DNA from: a virus | Taxonomy: Duplodnaviria; Caudoviricetes | Reading direction: 5' to 3' (one strand) | DNA length: 48,965 bases | IMG/VR virus record: IMGVR_UViG_3300042922_000279 | Span: 1 to 48,965 of that record | Part shown: positions 33,417 to 42,911 of the stretch, one piece after another | Layout: each line of letters starts with the position of its first letter | Position numbering within the stretch: the first letter of the stretch is position 1 | Translations under genes and position numbers: made by a program | Notes under the pieces: generated by a model | The model's input: the letters and a program-made list of their open reading frames with translations, nothing else | What the model was told of the DNA's origin: nothing | Database searches by the model: none

Positions 33417-34643
33417 CTATATTTTAATTACAGTTCCTTCGTACAAAACACTTCCATTATTGGAGTTTGCTTTACCGTGTTTTGCGGCGGCTGCTTCGAT
33501 TACATCGCTATTCTCATTGTAGATTTCCATATACTTTTCACCTGATCCATATACCTTTTTACTAATTATCCATAACGTATCGCCTTTTTTAATGATATAC
33601 TGGTCATCCTTTAACGATAATGATTTAATATTTGATTTAACTCCTATTCTTACCTGTATCAGTCTCAAATCCAGTAACATTGTATATCCGCTCCCAATGT
33701 TATGGACCACTTTATCAACTGCATACTTTCCATCAAGTTTTCCAAGCCCTTTGATCGTAACATTGGAAGAAGCCACTATTTTAGTATTCGCTTTTATTGT
33801 TATCTTCATTGTGGTCATTTTTTTATTAGCGCTATTTACTGCTGCGTTTGCTTTTAGCTCTGCATCTTGTATACTGTCACATTTTTGATTTAGCTTTAGT
33901 ATTCTATTGTCACTTCCACTACCAACTTTTACATTGATGTCCTTTTCCGTGGAGGCATCTGTATAAGATATTTCTGCTCCTGTATATGTTTTTGTTAGTG
34001 TTGTCTGATAGCTCCATGAGATCATATCCGTTTCCTTAATGGTTACTACTGACTTCTTGCTTTCATAGGTTTCCTCATCAAATAAGATGATTTTATTTGA
34101 ATAAACCTTCATTGCCAGTCCATATGATTCACATATACTATATAAAAATGCACTGTCTGTCTGTTTTGATTGTTCGAGTGAGTTTATCTTTACGCTCTTT
34201 GCTTCATAGTAAAGACTAATACGTGCTCTTTTTGCTATTTCTTTCGCAACTGACTCTATTGTGATAGACTCCCATGTCTTTGTTCTCTCTGTTGTCTTAA
34301 AGCTTTCCATGGCCGGAATAGAAACGGCTCCAATTGTAGCGGTCAGTGGTCTACCTTTAAACCCATAATCATCTATAGTAAAACTACCGCATTTGAAAGT
34401 CTTTTTATCTCCTTCTTTATTCCAGTTCTTTGTATGTATTTTTGCTATCATCTGATCACCCTTTGAAGGGATCCAATTTTTAAGCCAACGTTTATCAATA
34501 TTATGTAAATTAATTGATATCGAGTCGCTTTCACCCGATGCTACATCGGTGTAGCTGAACTTTGATAGAAACTCAGCCAACTTCGCTGTAATATTTTTTC
34601 CATTGTATTGGATTGATACACTTACTTTTCTAGGATCTGACAT
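33417..34643 (-). CDS. Late control D / baseplate hub with C-terminal LysM
   Basis: SYTD...ESD, QTDSAFL, GKY.VDKV.H; C-terminal YIIKKGDTLW.I. Confidence 0.85.
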   Translation of the reverse strand: MSDPRKVSVSIQYNGKNITAKLAEFLSKFSYTDVASGESDSISINLHNIDKRWLKNWIPSKGDQMIAKIHTKNWNKEGDKKTFKCGSFTIDDYGFKGRPLTATIGAVSIPAMESFKTTERTKTWESITIESVAKEIAKRARISLYYEAKSVKINSLEQSKQTDSAFLYSICESYGLAMKVYSNKIILFDEETYESKKSVVTIKETDMISWSYQTTLTKTYTGAEISYTDASTEKDINVKVGSGSDNRILKLNQKCDSIQDAELKANAAVNSANKKMTTMKITIKANTKIVASSNVTIKGLGKLDGKYAVDKVVHNIGSGYTMLLDLRLIQVRIGVKSNIKSLSLKDDQYIIKKGDTLWIISKKVYGSGEKYMEIYNENSDVIEAAAAKHGKANSNNGSVLYEGTVIKI

Positions 34644-34646
34644 AAT

Positions 34647-34844
34647 CTAATCCCTCCATGGTGGCAGGTCCCCGTCCTGTTCCTCCGGAAGAGCTGGAGT
34701 ATTGAGGACGGTTCCTTCCGGGAATATGAATATATCAAGCGCAAGAAAATTATTCTTCATTAAAAATCCGGCATACGTTTCCTTACCGTATACTTCTTTT
34801 GCTATCTTATCCCAGGTATCACCCTGAACCGTTTTATAAGACAT
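34647..34844 (-). CDS. P2 gpX-like tail protein (LysM-like)
   Basis: YKTVQGDTWDKIA...LPPWR. Confidence 0.9.
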   Translation of the reverse strand: MSYKTVQGDTWDKIAKEVYGKETYAGFLMKNNFLALDIFIFPEGTVLNTPALPEEQDGDLPPWRD

Positions 34845-34859
34845 ATTCCCACCACCTTC

Positions 34860-37800
34860 TTATGCTAAACTTAATCGATCTTTTCCATGGGTCCATTCAT
34901 CCATCATTTCATTAAATTCCTCTTGTGACATTCTAGCTGCTTCTACCATGTCATCCTTTGTCGGTGCCGATCCATAGAAGTTATAATTAGGACTGTATGT
35001 GATATTTGGTAATCCGCTCTTTGAGCCACCACTCTTACTCTCTGGTACCTTGCTTAGTATCGATCCGAAGCTATCTTCACTTTGGTTACTTCTAAACAAA
35101 TCACTACCATCGCTATTATGTGTATAAACACCGAGGATCCTTCCTACGGTCTTCCACAGCCCGATTGAGTTACTGGATCCGTCTAGTGGTATCGCTGCTT
35201 CCGGTACCTTTTCAGCAAAAGAAGCAATCGTCGGTGATGTTATAATACCTCCATCGGCATAACCAGGTAGCTTCCCATTGGTACCCATGAAATTGGAAGC
35301 CGTTTTAAATCTTACCCCTATCGGTACAGTTACATCAAAACCTTCACCCATTGCATTCTTCAATGAATTTAGAAGGTCTTTTGCTGTCTGTTCAGCCGCC
35401 GGTTGTTTTTCTAGCATTGCGTCAATTACAGTTTGAGATATTTCACCACCGTTTATCTTTGCAGTTTCAATAACAACTGAATACTCTTTGCTGTCTCCTA
35501 GTGCAGAGCCTATCATTTTCCAGAGATCATCCTCCGAACCGGTTATTGCTGCTAGTGTTTCCGTATCCTTCATAGCTTCGACAATACCATTCGGAACTGT
35601 TCCACCAACTTCTGTAATTTGTGAACTTAAGGTTTTAAGTTGTTCCTGTGTAGGAAGCATACCTTTAAGCAACATAGCGATCGCATCCTGTGTATCTTTA
35701 CTTAAGTTTGTAGATTTTAAAGCATCAAGCATGACATTGTTTAATCCATTTGACCAATCCTCAGGAGTGGAGTAAGTGTTCCACCAATTATCATTTGTCA
35801 TGATCTTATTTATCTTGTCTTTAATGGCTTTATTGACTGACTCTATGGCCGGATCTATTTCTTTTTCATATGTATCTGTAATTGTATTTCTCATGAACTC
35901 ATAGCCTTTAAGTATTGCATCAGCCTGTGTCTTGTAGTATCCCTGCATATAAGTGTCATACTTATTATCGTATTCTCCCTGAGTCAGGTACCCAAGCTCT
36001 AATTGAGCGTTAATAGATTTTAACGACTCTTGCAATGCTGTGTTAGCACCATCTACTACTGATTGTGTATAACTAGCAATCTCACTTTGTAGGTTTTGGA
36101 ATGTTTCAGCATCCAAATCTTTTCCGGAAAACTGTGCTTGAATCACTTGCAACTTAGCATTTGACTCAGCTTGTGAAACCGCTGTGGTTATTTGATCTAT
36201 CTGAGTGAGTAGCTCTGCAATCTTTTGTTCAGTATCTATCGTTAATCCACTCTCTAAAGCCTCATTTAAGATACCATTAAGTTCTGTACTCAGTTCTGAT
36301 ACCTGATTGTATAGCGAACTATAAAATGCATTGTTGTCAGTATTCATAGATGTTGAATTACCGGAACTTCCGAGGAGAAGCTTAGTTGCGATCTCAACCG
36401 TATATCCCTGATTGGTTATGTAGTCCTGTGCGCTTTTTACATATTGCCTAGCTGCTGCATCATAATTTGCAAGTTCTTCTTCTGATATCTCTAACCCAAC
36501 AGATAGCTTCCAGTTTGTTTTATTTATCGTTTTTGTAGCTTCTTTTATTTCTTCAAGAAAGCCTTCTGATAAATTGACTGATGACATCAAGCTTTCCAAT
36601 TGTCCAAAGTAATCGCTTCCCACAATGTGGTGTGCAGCTGTTTCTAATTCTCCAATGGATAAAGCAATGTCTCCAAAGTGCTCTGCAAGGTTCTGCTTGG
36701 CCATTTCTTTGTTTAACTTAGATATATAGGTTGCCAATCCTATTGCTCCTCCTATGGCCAATCCAACCGCCATGATGGAAGCTGCATATGGATTTGTAAG
36801 CACTGTCGAGAGGGACTTAAATCCCTTAGCAATTGAATTGATACCTTTTGCAACTTTGTAAGTTGCAATTGATGATCCAATTCCAACCAGAGTTGATGTA
36901 ATTACATCCGGATTTTTTAGTAACCATTTACCCATGGATATGACAGGTTCTGAAAAGTCTATAAAAGCCGAAGTAAATTCTTTCACCTTTCTTACAACGG
37001 TTGGGAGCTTTTCTTTGAAGTTATCCATCAATGTCGGTATAACTTCATCAGATAAATTATTAGCAAAATCTGTACCAGCTTCTACAGCATCTCCCATCGG
37101 TTCACTGAATTCATCATAAAGTTGAATTCCAATACCGGTCATACTGTTTCTCCAGATTTTTAATTTACTTTCGTTCGTTGCATATCTTTTAGCCGCTTCT
37201 TCTGATAGTGCGGTATTTTCTTCCCATGCACCGTTAGCCATGTTTACTGCTTCAGTCATAAGCCCATTCGAGTTTGCTAGACTGAGTATTGTATTTGATA
37301 GCCTTACTTCAGTAAGTCCCATATCATCAAGGATCACTGTTGCTGATTTCCCGTTTCTCTCCGTATCGTTTAACCCATCGATAAATGCAGATAATGCCCC
37401 AACTGCATCTTTTTGGAACGCTTTCTGAAACTCTCCTGATGTCATATTGGCAGCTTTCGCAAACTGTTTTAATAATCCATCTTCCGTTTCAACTGATACC
37501 TGCATCTTTTTAAGAAGTTTGCTCATTGCGGATCCACCGGCTTCTGACTCAATGCCGACGCTTGACATTGCTGTAGAAAGAGCCATAATCTGTGTTTCGC
37601 TTAATCCTGCTAAGTCACCACTGGCTGCAAGTCTAGTTCCCATTGATACGATATCTGCTTCTGTTGTTGCAAAATTATTACCCATTTCTACGATTACCGA
37701 TCCAAGGTTGCTATATTTGTCTACACTCATACCTGTTATGTTGGCAAATTTAGCAAGTGAGCTTGATGCTTCTGTCGCTGATAGGTTGGTTGACTCTCCA

Positions 37801-38303
37801 AGGTCAATCATTACACTTGAAAAGTCTAATAGATTATCCTTCTCAACCCCTAACTGTCCTGCCACTTCTGCTACTGCAGCTATCTCATTAGCAGTTGCAG
37901 GGATCTCTTTTGTTGACATGTCTAGGATGCTTTGTCTTAACTTTTCATATTCACCGGTCGTTGCTTCTGTAGTTTTCTTTACACCCGCAAAAGCGGATTC
38001 GTATGCAATACCGGCTGTGGCTGATGCAACTGTAATTGCTGCTATAGCTGTGGCAGCAACTATAGCTACATCCTTTACTGCGTTAAACGATTTAGATGCG
38101 GCAGAGCTCATCTTACTAAATCCTTTGTCCATGTCAGTAAATCCCTTATCGAATGAATTACCTAGACTATTAGATGTGTCGGAAGCCTGTTTCGCGATAT
38201 TTTGCAATTCACGTTTAGTTAATTTCGAACTATTCAAGAATGATTTTTCAACTTCTCCGGCTATTTTTATTGCCAGTTCGTACTCTTTGCTGTTCTTTGC
38301 CAA
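34860..38303 (-). CDS. Tape measure protein
   Basis: 1147 aa; TP901-type core YESAFAGVKKT...GNNFATTE; YADGG near the C-terminus. Confidence 0.93.
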   Translation of the reverse strand: MAKNSKEYELAIKIAGEVEKSFLNSSKLTKRELQNIAKQASDTSNSLGNSFDKGFTDMDKGFSKMSSAASKSFNAVKDVAIVAATAIAAITVASATAGIAYESAFAGVKKTTEATTGEYEKLRQSILDMSTKEIPATANEIAAVAEVAGQLGVEKDNLLDFSSVMIDLGESTNLSATEASSSLAKFANITGMSVDKYSNLGSVIVEMGNNFATTEADIVSMGTRLAASGDLAGLSETQIMALSTAMSSVGIESEAGGSAMSKLLKKMQVSVETEDGLLKQFAKAANMTSGEFQKAFQKDAVGALSAFIDGLNDTERNGKSATVILDDMGLTEVRLSNTILSLANSNGLMTEAVNMANGAWEENTALSEEAAKRYATNESKLKIWRNSMTGIGIQLYDEFSEPMGDAVEAGTDFANNLSDEVIPTLMDNFKEKLPTVVRKVKEFTSAFIDFSEPVISMGKWLLKNPDVITSTLVGIGSSIATYKVAKGINSIAKGFKSLSTVLTNPYAASIMAVGLAIGGAIGLATYISKLNKEMAKQNLAEHFGDIALSIGELETAAHHIVGSDYFGQLESLMSSVNLSEGFLEEIKEATKTINKTNWKLSVGLEISEEELANYDAAARQYVKSAQDYITNQGYTVEIATKLLLGSSGNSTSMNTDNNAFYSSLYNQVSELSTELNGILNEALESGLTIDTEQKIAELLTQIDQITTAVSQAESNAKLQVIQAQFSGKDLDAETFQNLQSEIASYTQSVVDGANTALQESLKSINAQLELGYLTQGEYDNKYDTYMQGYYKTQADAILKGYEFMRNTITDTYEKEIDPAIESVNKAIKDKINKIMTNDNWWNTYSTPEDWSNGLNNVMLDALKSTNLSKDTQDAIAMLLKGMLPTQEQLKTLSSQITEVGGTVPNGIVEAMKDTETLAAITGSEDDLWKMIGSALGDSKEYSVVIETAKINGGEISQTVIDAMLEKQPAAEQTAKDLLNSLKNAMGEGFDVTVPIGVRFKTASNFMGTNGKLPGYADGGIITSPTIASFAEKVPEAAIPLDGSSNSIGLWKTVGRILGVYTHNSDGSDLFRSNQSEDSFGSILSKVPESKSGGSKSGLPNITYSPNYNFYGSAPTKDDMVEAARMSQEEFNEMMDEWTHGKDRLSLA

Positions 38304-38454
38304 TATCCGCTACCTCCTTTGCAACTTCCTTAAGTTCAAAAATAGACAGGCCTTGCAAATAGTCAAGGCCTGTCTTAAGTGTTAAGGATAATCTAATTGT
38401 TAATTTTCTTATGTTGTCGCCATCATTAGGATTTAGTCCTGCCCGAAGAAAAAA
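38248..38454 (-). CDS. Tail chaperone -1 frameshift extension (P2 E+E'-like)
   Basis: Slippery T TTT TTC at 38454-48; -1 frame open to TGA at 38250-48 (LRAGLNPNDGDNIRKLTIRLSLTLKTGLDYLQGLSIFELKEVAKEV...). Confidence 0.7.
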   Translation of the reverse strand, partial: FFLRAGLNPNDGDNIRKLTIRLSLTLKTGLDYLQGLSIFELKEVAKEVADIGKEQQRVRTGNKNSRRS

Positions 38455-38810
38455 GACACTACTTTATTTTTGACTTTGACCGCTTCCTTAGGATGAAGTC
38501 CGTTAAAGAACTCTATTGGAAGCTTTGTCGCTTTTGCTGCAATAATACAAGCATACTGTAAGGACATTTCCGGGAGGAAGCTAAAGGATCCAGTTCTATC
38601 AAGAACCTTGTTCGCGGCAATCATATCTGATGCTTTCAGGTTATCAAGGCCACTAAGATCAATGCTCATATGCTCCGTTCCATCGAAGACATATGGTTTC
38701 TTGAAGGTAATCAAATACTCGTTCTCTTCACCATCAACTTCTCCGATATATGTCTCTGTTTCGATGGTTTCAACTGCTGTTTGCTCTGCTTTTTTATGTT
38801 CCTTATCCAT
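38433..38810 (-). CDS. Tail assembly chaperone
   Basis: Between tube and tape measure; FKKPY..IDLSGL..LPIEFF. Confidence 0.85.
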   Translation of the reverse strand: MDKEHKKAEQTAVETIETETYIGEVDGEENEYLITFKKPYVFDGTEHMSIDLSGLDNLKASDMIAANKVLDRTGSFSFLPEMSLQYACIIAAKATKLPIEFFNGLHPKEAVKVKNKVVSFFFGQD

Positions 38811-39328
38811 TAGCACTGAGCCCTCACCTTCTGTAATAAGTCAACTCCGTTTACCTTATAAACGTAGTTTAATTTGTCAAGTTCCACTTTTTGAACACCA
38901 TCAATCTCAATCATAATGTAAACAACTTCGACTGTTACTGATGCATCCATTTGAGTCGCATTCTGAACCTTACCCGGCTTGAAGCTTTTCTGCTTACCGC
39001 GAACCACTACTCTCATACCCTTAAAATCAATGGCTCCGGTATTCTTTACCGTGTACTGCTCTGCTGCCCTAAGAGTGAGATCCAGTACCTCTAACGGGTT
39101 CATCAACGAGAAGATATCATCATCAAGAACTCGGAATGGTATTTCCTGTTCCATACTTCCAAACATTCCGATGAGTACTTCTTCAAACTCTCCGAGGATA
39201 CCTGCTCCACTAATAGTTTCTGTCATTGCATCAAAGTCCGGAAGATTTACTTCTCCGGTTAATCCAATGAGTTTATTTCCACTTTTATATACATTAAAGC
39301 TGTGAATTACTTCAGGAATTCCAATCAT
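38810..39328 (-). CDS. Major tail tube (P2 FII-like)
   Basis: FNVY...LP...ISGAGILGE...ELDKLNY...VNGVD. Confidence 0.9.
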   Translation of the reverse strand: MIGIPEVIHSFNVYKSGNKLIGLTGEVNLPDFDAMTETISGAGILGEFEEVLIGMFGSMEQEIPFRVLDDDIFSLMNPLEVLDLTLRAAEQYTVKNTGAIDFKGMRVVVRGKQKSFKPGKVQNATQMDASVTVEVVYIMIEIDGVQKVELDKLNYVYKVNGVDLLQKVRAQC

Positions 39329-39330
39329 TT

Positions 39331-40785
39331 TTATTCACCTCCAAGAGCTGCTTCAATCATGCTTGGATCAAACTCTAACACATTGAGTATGTCCTCCGCA
39401 GGAGTGTAGGGTGCTAGATATTGCTTGAACTGGATCTTACCGTTCAAAATATCTGTTATCGGGTTCTCATCTGCGCGGAACGTGATCTTTGCTCCTGCAC
39501 ACTTACCTTGCGATACAAAGCTGTTTCCTCTGATATTTTCAGAGTCTACAATCGACTCTATGAGTCTGTAATTTCCCGGCTCATCTACTTTATTCGCATA
39601 AGTCAGAATGAAGCTATTTCCCCACCATGTGAAGAAACGTCGGCAAGCAATCCAACGATCCTTAGGATCAGTAATAGCAGGATAGCAAGCAGTGTTGTTA
39701 CCCCATGCTTTCCAACCATTCATATTGATCGCTGTCACAATGCCTTGACCATTAAGCAGGTTTGCTTGCATCTGATCGAGGATTACTTCTGTTCCATCTG
39801 CAAGGACAGTTCCTCCTACACCAAGCAATTTGTTTGATGGTGAAAGGTTCGGGACATCACCACTTGATGCATCAGTATAAGCAACCAATGCACCGTATAT
39901 CGCGGAATATGCATAACGCTTTGTTCCAAGTTTGATCTGCGGCCATAAAACAATAGCATGCTTGTTAGTAAAGCCACTATCTGTTTTAACCGTATTGCAG
40001 TCGGTGTATTTCGTCGCACCTTCTGTTGTGCTGTCCAGGTCGAGAATGCATTCACACTGGAACACACCATTGATATCTGTACATTTAGCCGATAGAGCCG
40101 CTCCTACTGTTGGGTTATGACTCCAACCAGGTGCTAATAATAAGCCGGGTGTTAATCCGAACTTTGGATATACTTGTCTCACAAGTTCAAGCCCGGTTTC
40201 AAGGCCAGAAGTCGCGTCTAATCCACCTATGATATCCGACGCTGTTACCAATGATGGATCAATTTTATTACCGGAAACGGTCAGTGATGCAGCTGCTGCG
40301 CCTGCTCCTGTGGATAGTAATGTAATGATTACATAACCGTCATCATCAAACGATGCAACATAGTCTGTATCCTTAACCAGAGGAGTCACTCCATTTTTCA
40401 CCGCAAGACTTGCTAAAAGCAATCCCAATATTGTTATCTTCGCTTGCAGACTAACTACTTGATATGATGCTTCTACAACTGCTGTCTTATGGGTAGCTGG
40501 ATTAAGTACATTGCATAAAATAATTGGTGCCACGTTGAAAATTCGGAAGCATGCATCGATACTTTGGCATAATGTGTACTTTTCAAAATCTTCACTATAA
40601 CCGAGCTGTTCTACAGCCTCCTTGTAACTGTTTGCAATGATCAACTTATTCGTAGCACCGGATGGATCAGCTAACAAATTAACGGGTGCTGTTCCGAAGA
40701 TAACTTGCAGACCTGCCGTTCCTCGAACCGGTACTGCCAGGCTTGTCGGATTTTCTAATACTCTAATTCCATGATTATAAGGCAT
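39331..40785 (-). CDS. Tail sheath (P2 FI-like)
   Basis: YNHGI...GTAPVN...SPSNK...WGN...PYTPAE. Confidence 0.93.
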   Translation of the reverse strand: MPYNHGIRVLENPTSLAVPVRGTAGLQVIFGTAPVNLLADPSGATNKLIIANSYKEAVEQLGYSEDFEKYTLCQSIDACFRIFNVAPIILCNVLNPATHKTAVVEASYQVVSLQAKITILGLLLASLAVKNGVTPLVKDTDYVASFDDDGYVIITLLSTGAGAAAASLTVSGNKIDPSLVTASDIIGGLDATSGLETGLELVRQVYPKFGLTPGLLLAPGWSHNPTVGAALSAKCTDINGVFQCECILDLDSTTEGATKYTDCNTVKTDSGFTNKHAIVLWPQIKLGTKRYAYSAIYGALVAYTDASSGDVPNLSPSNKLLGVGGTVLADGTEVILDQMQANLLNGQGIVTAINMNGWKAWGNNTACYPAITDPKDRWIACRRFFTWWGNSFILTYANKVDEPGNYRLIESIVDSENIRGNSFVSQGKCAGAKITFRADENPITDILNGKIQFKQYLAPYTPAEDILNVLEFDPSMIEAALGGE

Positions 40786-40788
40786 TTG

Positions 40789-41145
40789 TTATGCTCCCTT
40801 CTTGGGTTTATACTGCTTTGCATTCTGAATGTAGATATGCATTGCACCCTGTTTATTTTCAATTTCTTTTAATGCCATCGGAAGTTTACTGATAGGTATC
40901 AGTAGGTTCCCTATGATTGGTGCATCTGCAATTGCTGCTTTTAATGCGTCCGGAATACCATTATTGAAAAACGTATTCTGTACGGCCACACCAATAATGG
41001 TTGGTCCTACATATACCATCGTTTCCTTCATGGTTTCCATGCTGCTTTTACTTTCTACTGTCGTTTTCTCAACAGTCGCAATAATCGGAATGGGTGTTTC
41101 ACTTTTCTCCGCGAAATCTATCGCTTCAATTTCCTTCTTATTCAT
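40789..41145 (-). CDS. Hypothetical structural-region protein
   Basis: YVGPTI motif, upstream of the sheath. Confidence 0.7.
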   Translation of the reverse strand: MNKKEIEAIDFAEKSETPIPIIATVEKTTVESKSSMETMKETMVYVGPTIIGVAVQNTFFNNGIPDALKAAIADAPIIGNLLIPISKLPMALKEIENKQGAMHIYIQNAKQYKPKKGA

Positions 41146-41633
41146 GTATATTGGCTCTCCCTTCTGATTGCCATTGTTTCCCATGTTATATCGATCGCTC
41201 CGAAATAGTACGGGTGTGTATCTTCATCTTGAAGAACCCATGTAAAAGGATTCTCACTGCTATCCTGCATTACATATTTATTCGCAAGCACCGGGTTCTT
41301 GGCAAACCTCTCATAGATCTTCTGGATAACATTTAATACGTCCTTGTGACCATTCGTATCATTTTTATCATCGAATAAACCTATGATTACTCTGACTTTT
41401 ACAAGATGTGCAGATCCTGCTCTCATATCCCCAGAGTCTATTCTGACAATTATATAGGGGAATGGATCATCCTCTTCATCATCACTTCTTATAGGCAGAC
41501 TCTGAGCGAATATCTTTATCGCAGAGATAATTGCTGTTCCAACCTCATCTAATTTTGGAGTTGTCAGCTGTATCCCTGTAAAAACAAGATCAAGTTCCTC
41601 TATCAAATCATCTTGTAATTCAAACGCTGTCAT
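41142..41633 (-). CDS. Putative tail terminator/completion protein
   Basis: Position; FPYIIVR...HPYYFG. Confidence 0.65.
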   Translation of the reverse strand: MTAFELQDDLIEELDLVFTGIQLTTPKLDEVGTAIISAIKIFAQSLPIRSDDEEDDPFPYIIVRIDSGDMRAGSAHLVKVRVIIGLFDDKNDTNGHKDVLNVIQKIYERFAKNPVLANKYVMQDSSENPFTWVLQDEDTHPYYFGAIDITWETMAIRRESQYT

Positions 41634-41636
41634 TCA

Positions 41637-42218
41637 TCATTCCTCCAGTGCTTGTGAAATATATTTTTTCAAATTCATTTGAAGGTTCTTGTAAATATCA
41701 GGCTCAACTAAGCCGTATACCTTTTGCTCATTACCTAACATCTTTGGTATAGACGTGCTATAAAGTATTTTTACAGGCAATCTCTTTTTACCCAGTCTTT
41801 GTGCAACTGATACGTGACCACTTGCAAATTTAACAATAAAAGCTTTGATGTCGCCCTTTTGCAGCTTCTTCATACTGTTACTTCTTAGTCCCTTACCTTT
41901 AACAATTGAAGGTCTGCTTTCTCCAGTCGTAAATCTGGATGGTGATACTTTAAAGTCTTTTAGTTCTGTTACTCTTCCGGTTGATCCAATAATTGCCTCA
42001 AGGTGTCCATTCGTAGCATTTTTCAATGTCATAGACTTATTGAACCGTCCCGATTTTATCACATATGTCTTTTGAGCCTCAGATGCAAGCTGTTTTCTAG
42101 CTTGCTTAGCCGTCTCATTTATAGCCTTTTTCATTACATTAGGTATTTTTTTACCAGCTGAGTCTAATTTCTTTTCTAAAGCGCGAAGAGTATTTTTTTC
42201 AACTTCTACTGTTATCAA
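41637..42218 (-). CDS. Minor tail/neck protein, lambda gpZ-like
   Basis: Basic; KAIN.TA...KAFI...RLPV...SIPKML. Confidence 0.75.
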   Translation of the reverse strand: MITVEVEKNTLRALEKKLDSAGKKIPNVMKKAINETAKQARKQLASEAQKTYVIKSGRFNKSMTLKNATNGHLEAIIGSTGRVTELKDFKVSPSRFTTGESRPSIVKGKGLRSNSMKKLQKGDIKAFIVKFASGHVSVAQRLGKKRLPVKILYSTSIPKMLGNEQKVYGLVEPDIYKNLQMNLKKYISQALEE

Positions 42219-42553
42219 CTCTTATTCGCCTCCAATGTAATTGAGTACAGACCATCTTCATCGATGGCATCAGCAACACGGTACCGCTTCTGATCCAGAA
42301 TTAATTGCTTTCCCTGAGCCGGAAGCGGTCCGTAATCCTCGCTGCTGATATAAATTAAAACTTGCTTTACATACAAACCATCCATAACTTGCTTTTGAGC
42401 TACTCTTTTCTCCCTTTCAATGTGTTCGTTATTATCAATAATAACTTTCATAGATTTACCATCTACAGTATGGAGTTCTGCAAACTCTGATGCATTCATG
42501 AATGTACTTGATATGTCTGAATTTACGAGTTCCTTAAATGTTGGAATACTCAT
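42215..42553 (-). CDS. Head-tail joining (head closure) protein
   Basis: FKELV..DI...F.N..EFAE.H; position. Confidence 0.7.
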   Translation of the reverse strand: MSIPTFKELVNSDISSTFMNASEFAELHTVDGKSMKVIIDNNEHIEREKRVAQKQVMDGLYVKQVLIYISSEDYGPLPAQGKQLILDQKRYRVADAIDEDGLYSITLEANKS

Positions 42554-42564
42554 TTATCATCACC

Positions 42565-42891
42565 TTATCCCAACAGTTTTACTAAGATAGTTGCATCAGC
42601 TGCTGCTGCACCTGCTACTGCGTATCCTGCAGGAGTATTTGCTGTAGCAGTTGCTGTGATTGATGTTCCATCGAAATATACAAGAGCTCCCAGCGTTATA
42701 ACTTCAGCTGCTGTCTTGTCCATCTCAAATACTCCGGCCACAACGACGGTACCGGTCTCACCGGCAGCGATTGCGGTTCCTGCTATGCCTACTCTGGTTA
42801 CAAGATCAATGACTGTATTCGCTTCAATAGCTGCTTCAGTGCCATTTGTATAATCCAGAGTATCTCCTTTTTGCCAATATGTTGCTTTCAT
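42565..42891 (-). CDS. Capsid decoration/cement protein, DUF2190-like
   Basis: YWQKGDTLDY...GVFEMDK...VKL; follows the capsid gene. Confidence 0.85.
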   Translation of the reverse strand: MKATYWQKGDTLDYTNGTEAAIEANTVIDLVTRVGIAGTAIAAGETGTVVVAGVFEMDKTAAEVITLGALVYFDGTSITATATANTPAGYAVAGAAAADATILVKLLG

Positions 42892-42911
42892 TTATTGTTA
42901 CCTCCTATTCA

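Noticed and set aside
37447-38385. 312-aa + strand ORF
   Set aside because: Antisense shadow of the tape measure gene; the same applies to the many short + strand ORFs across the structural operon
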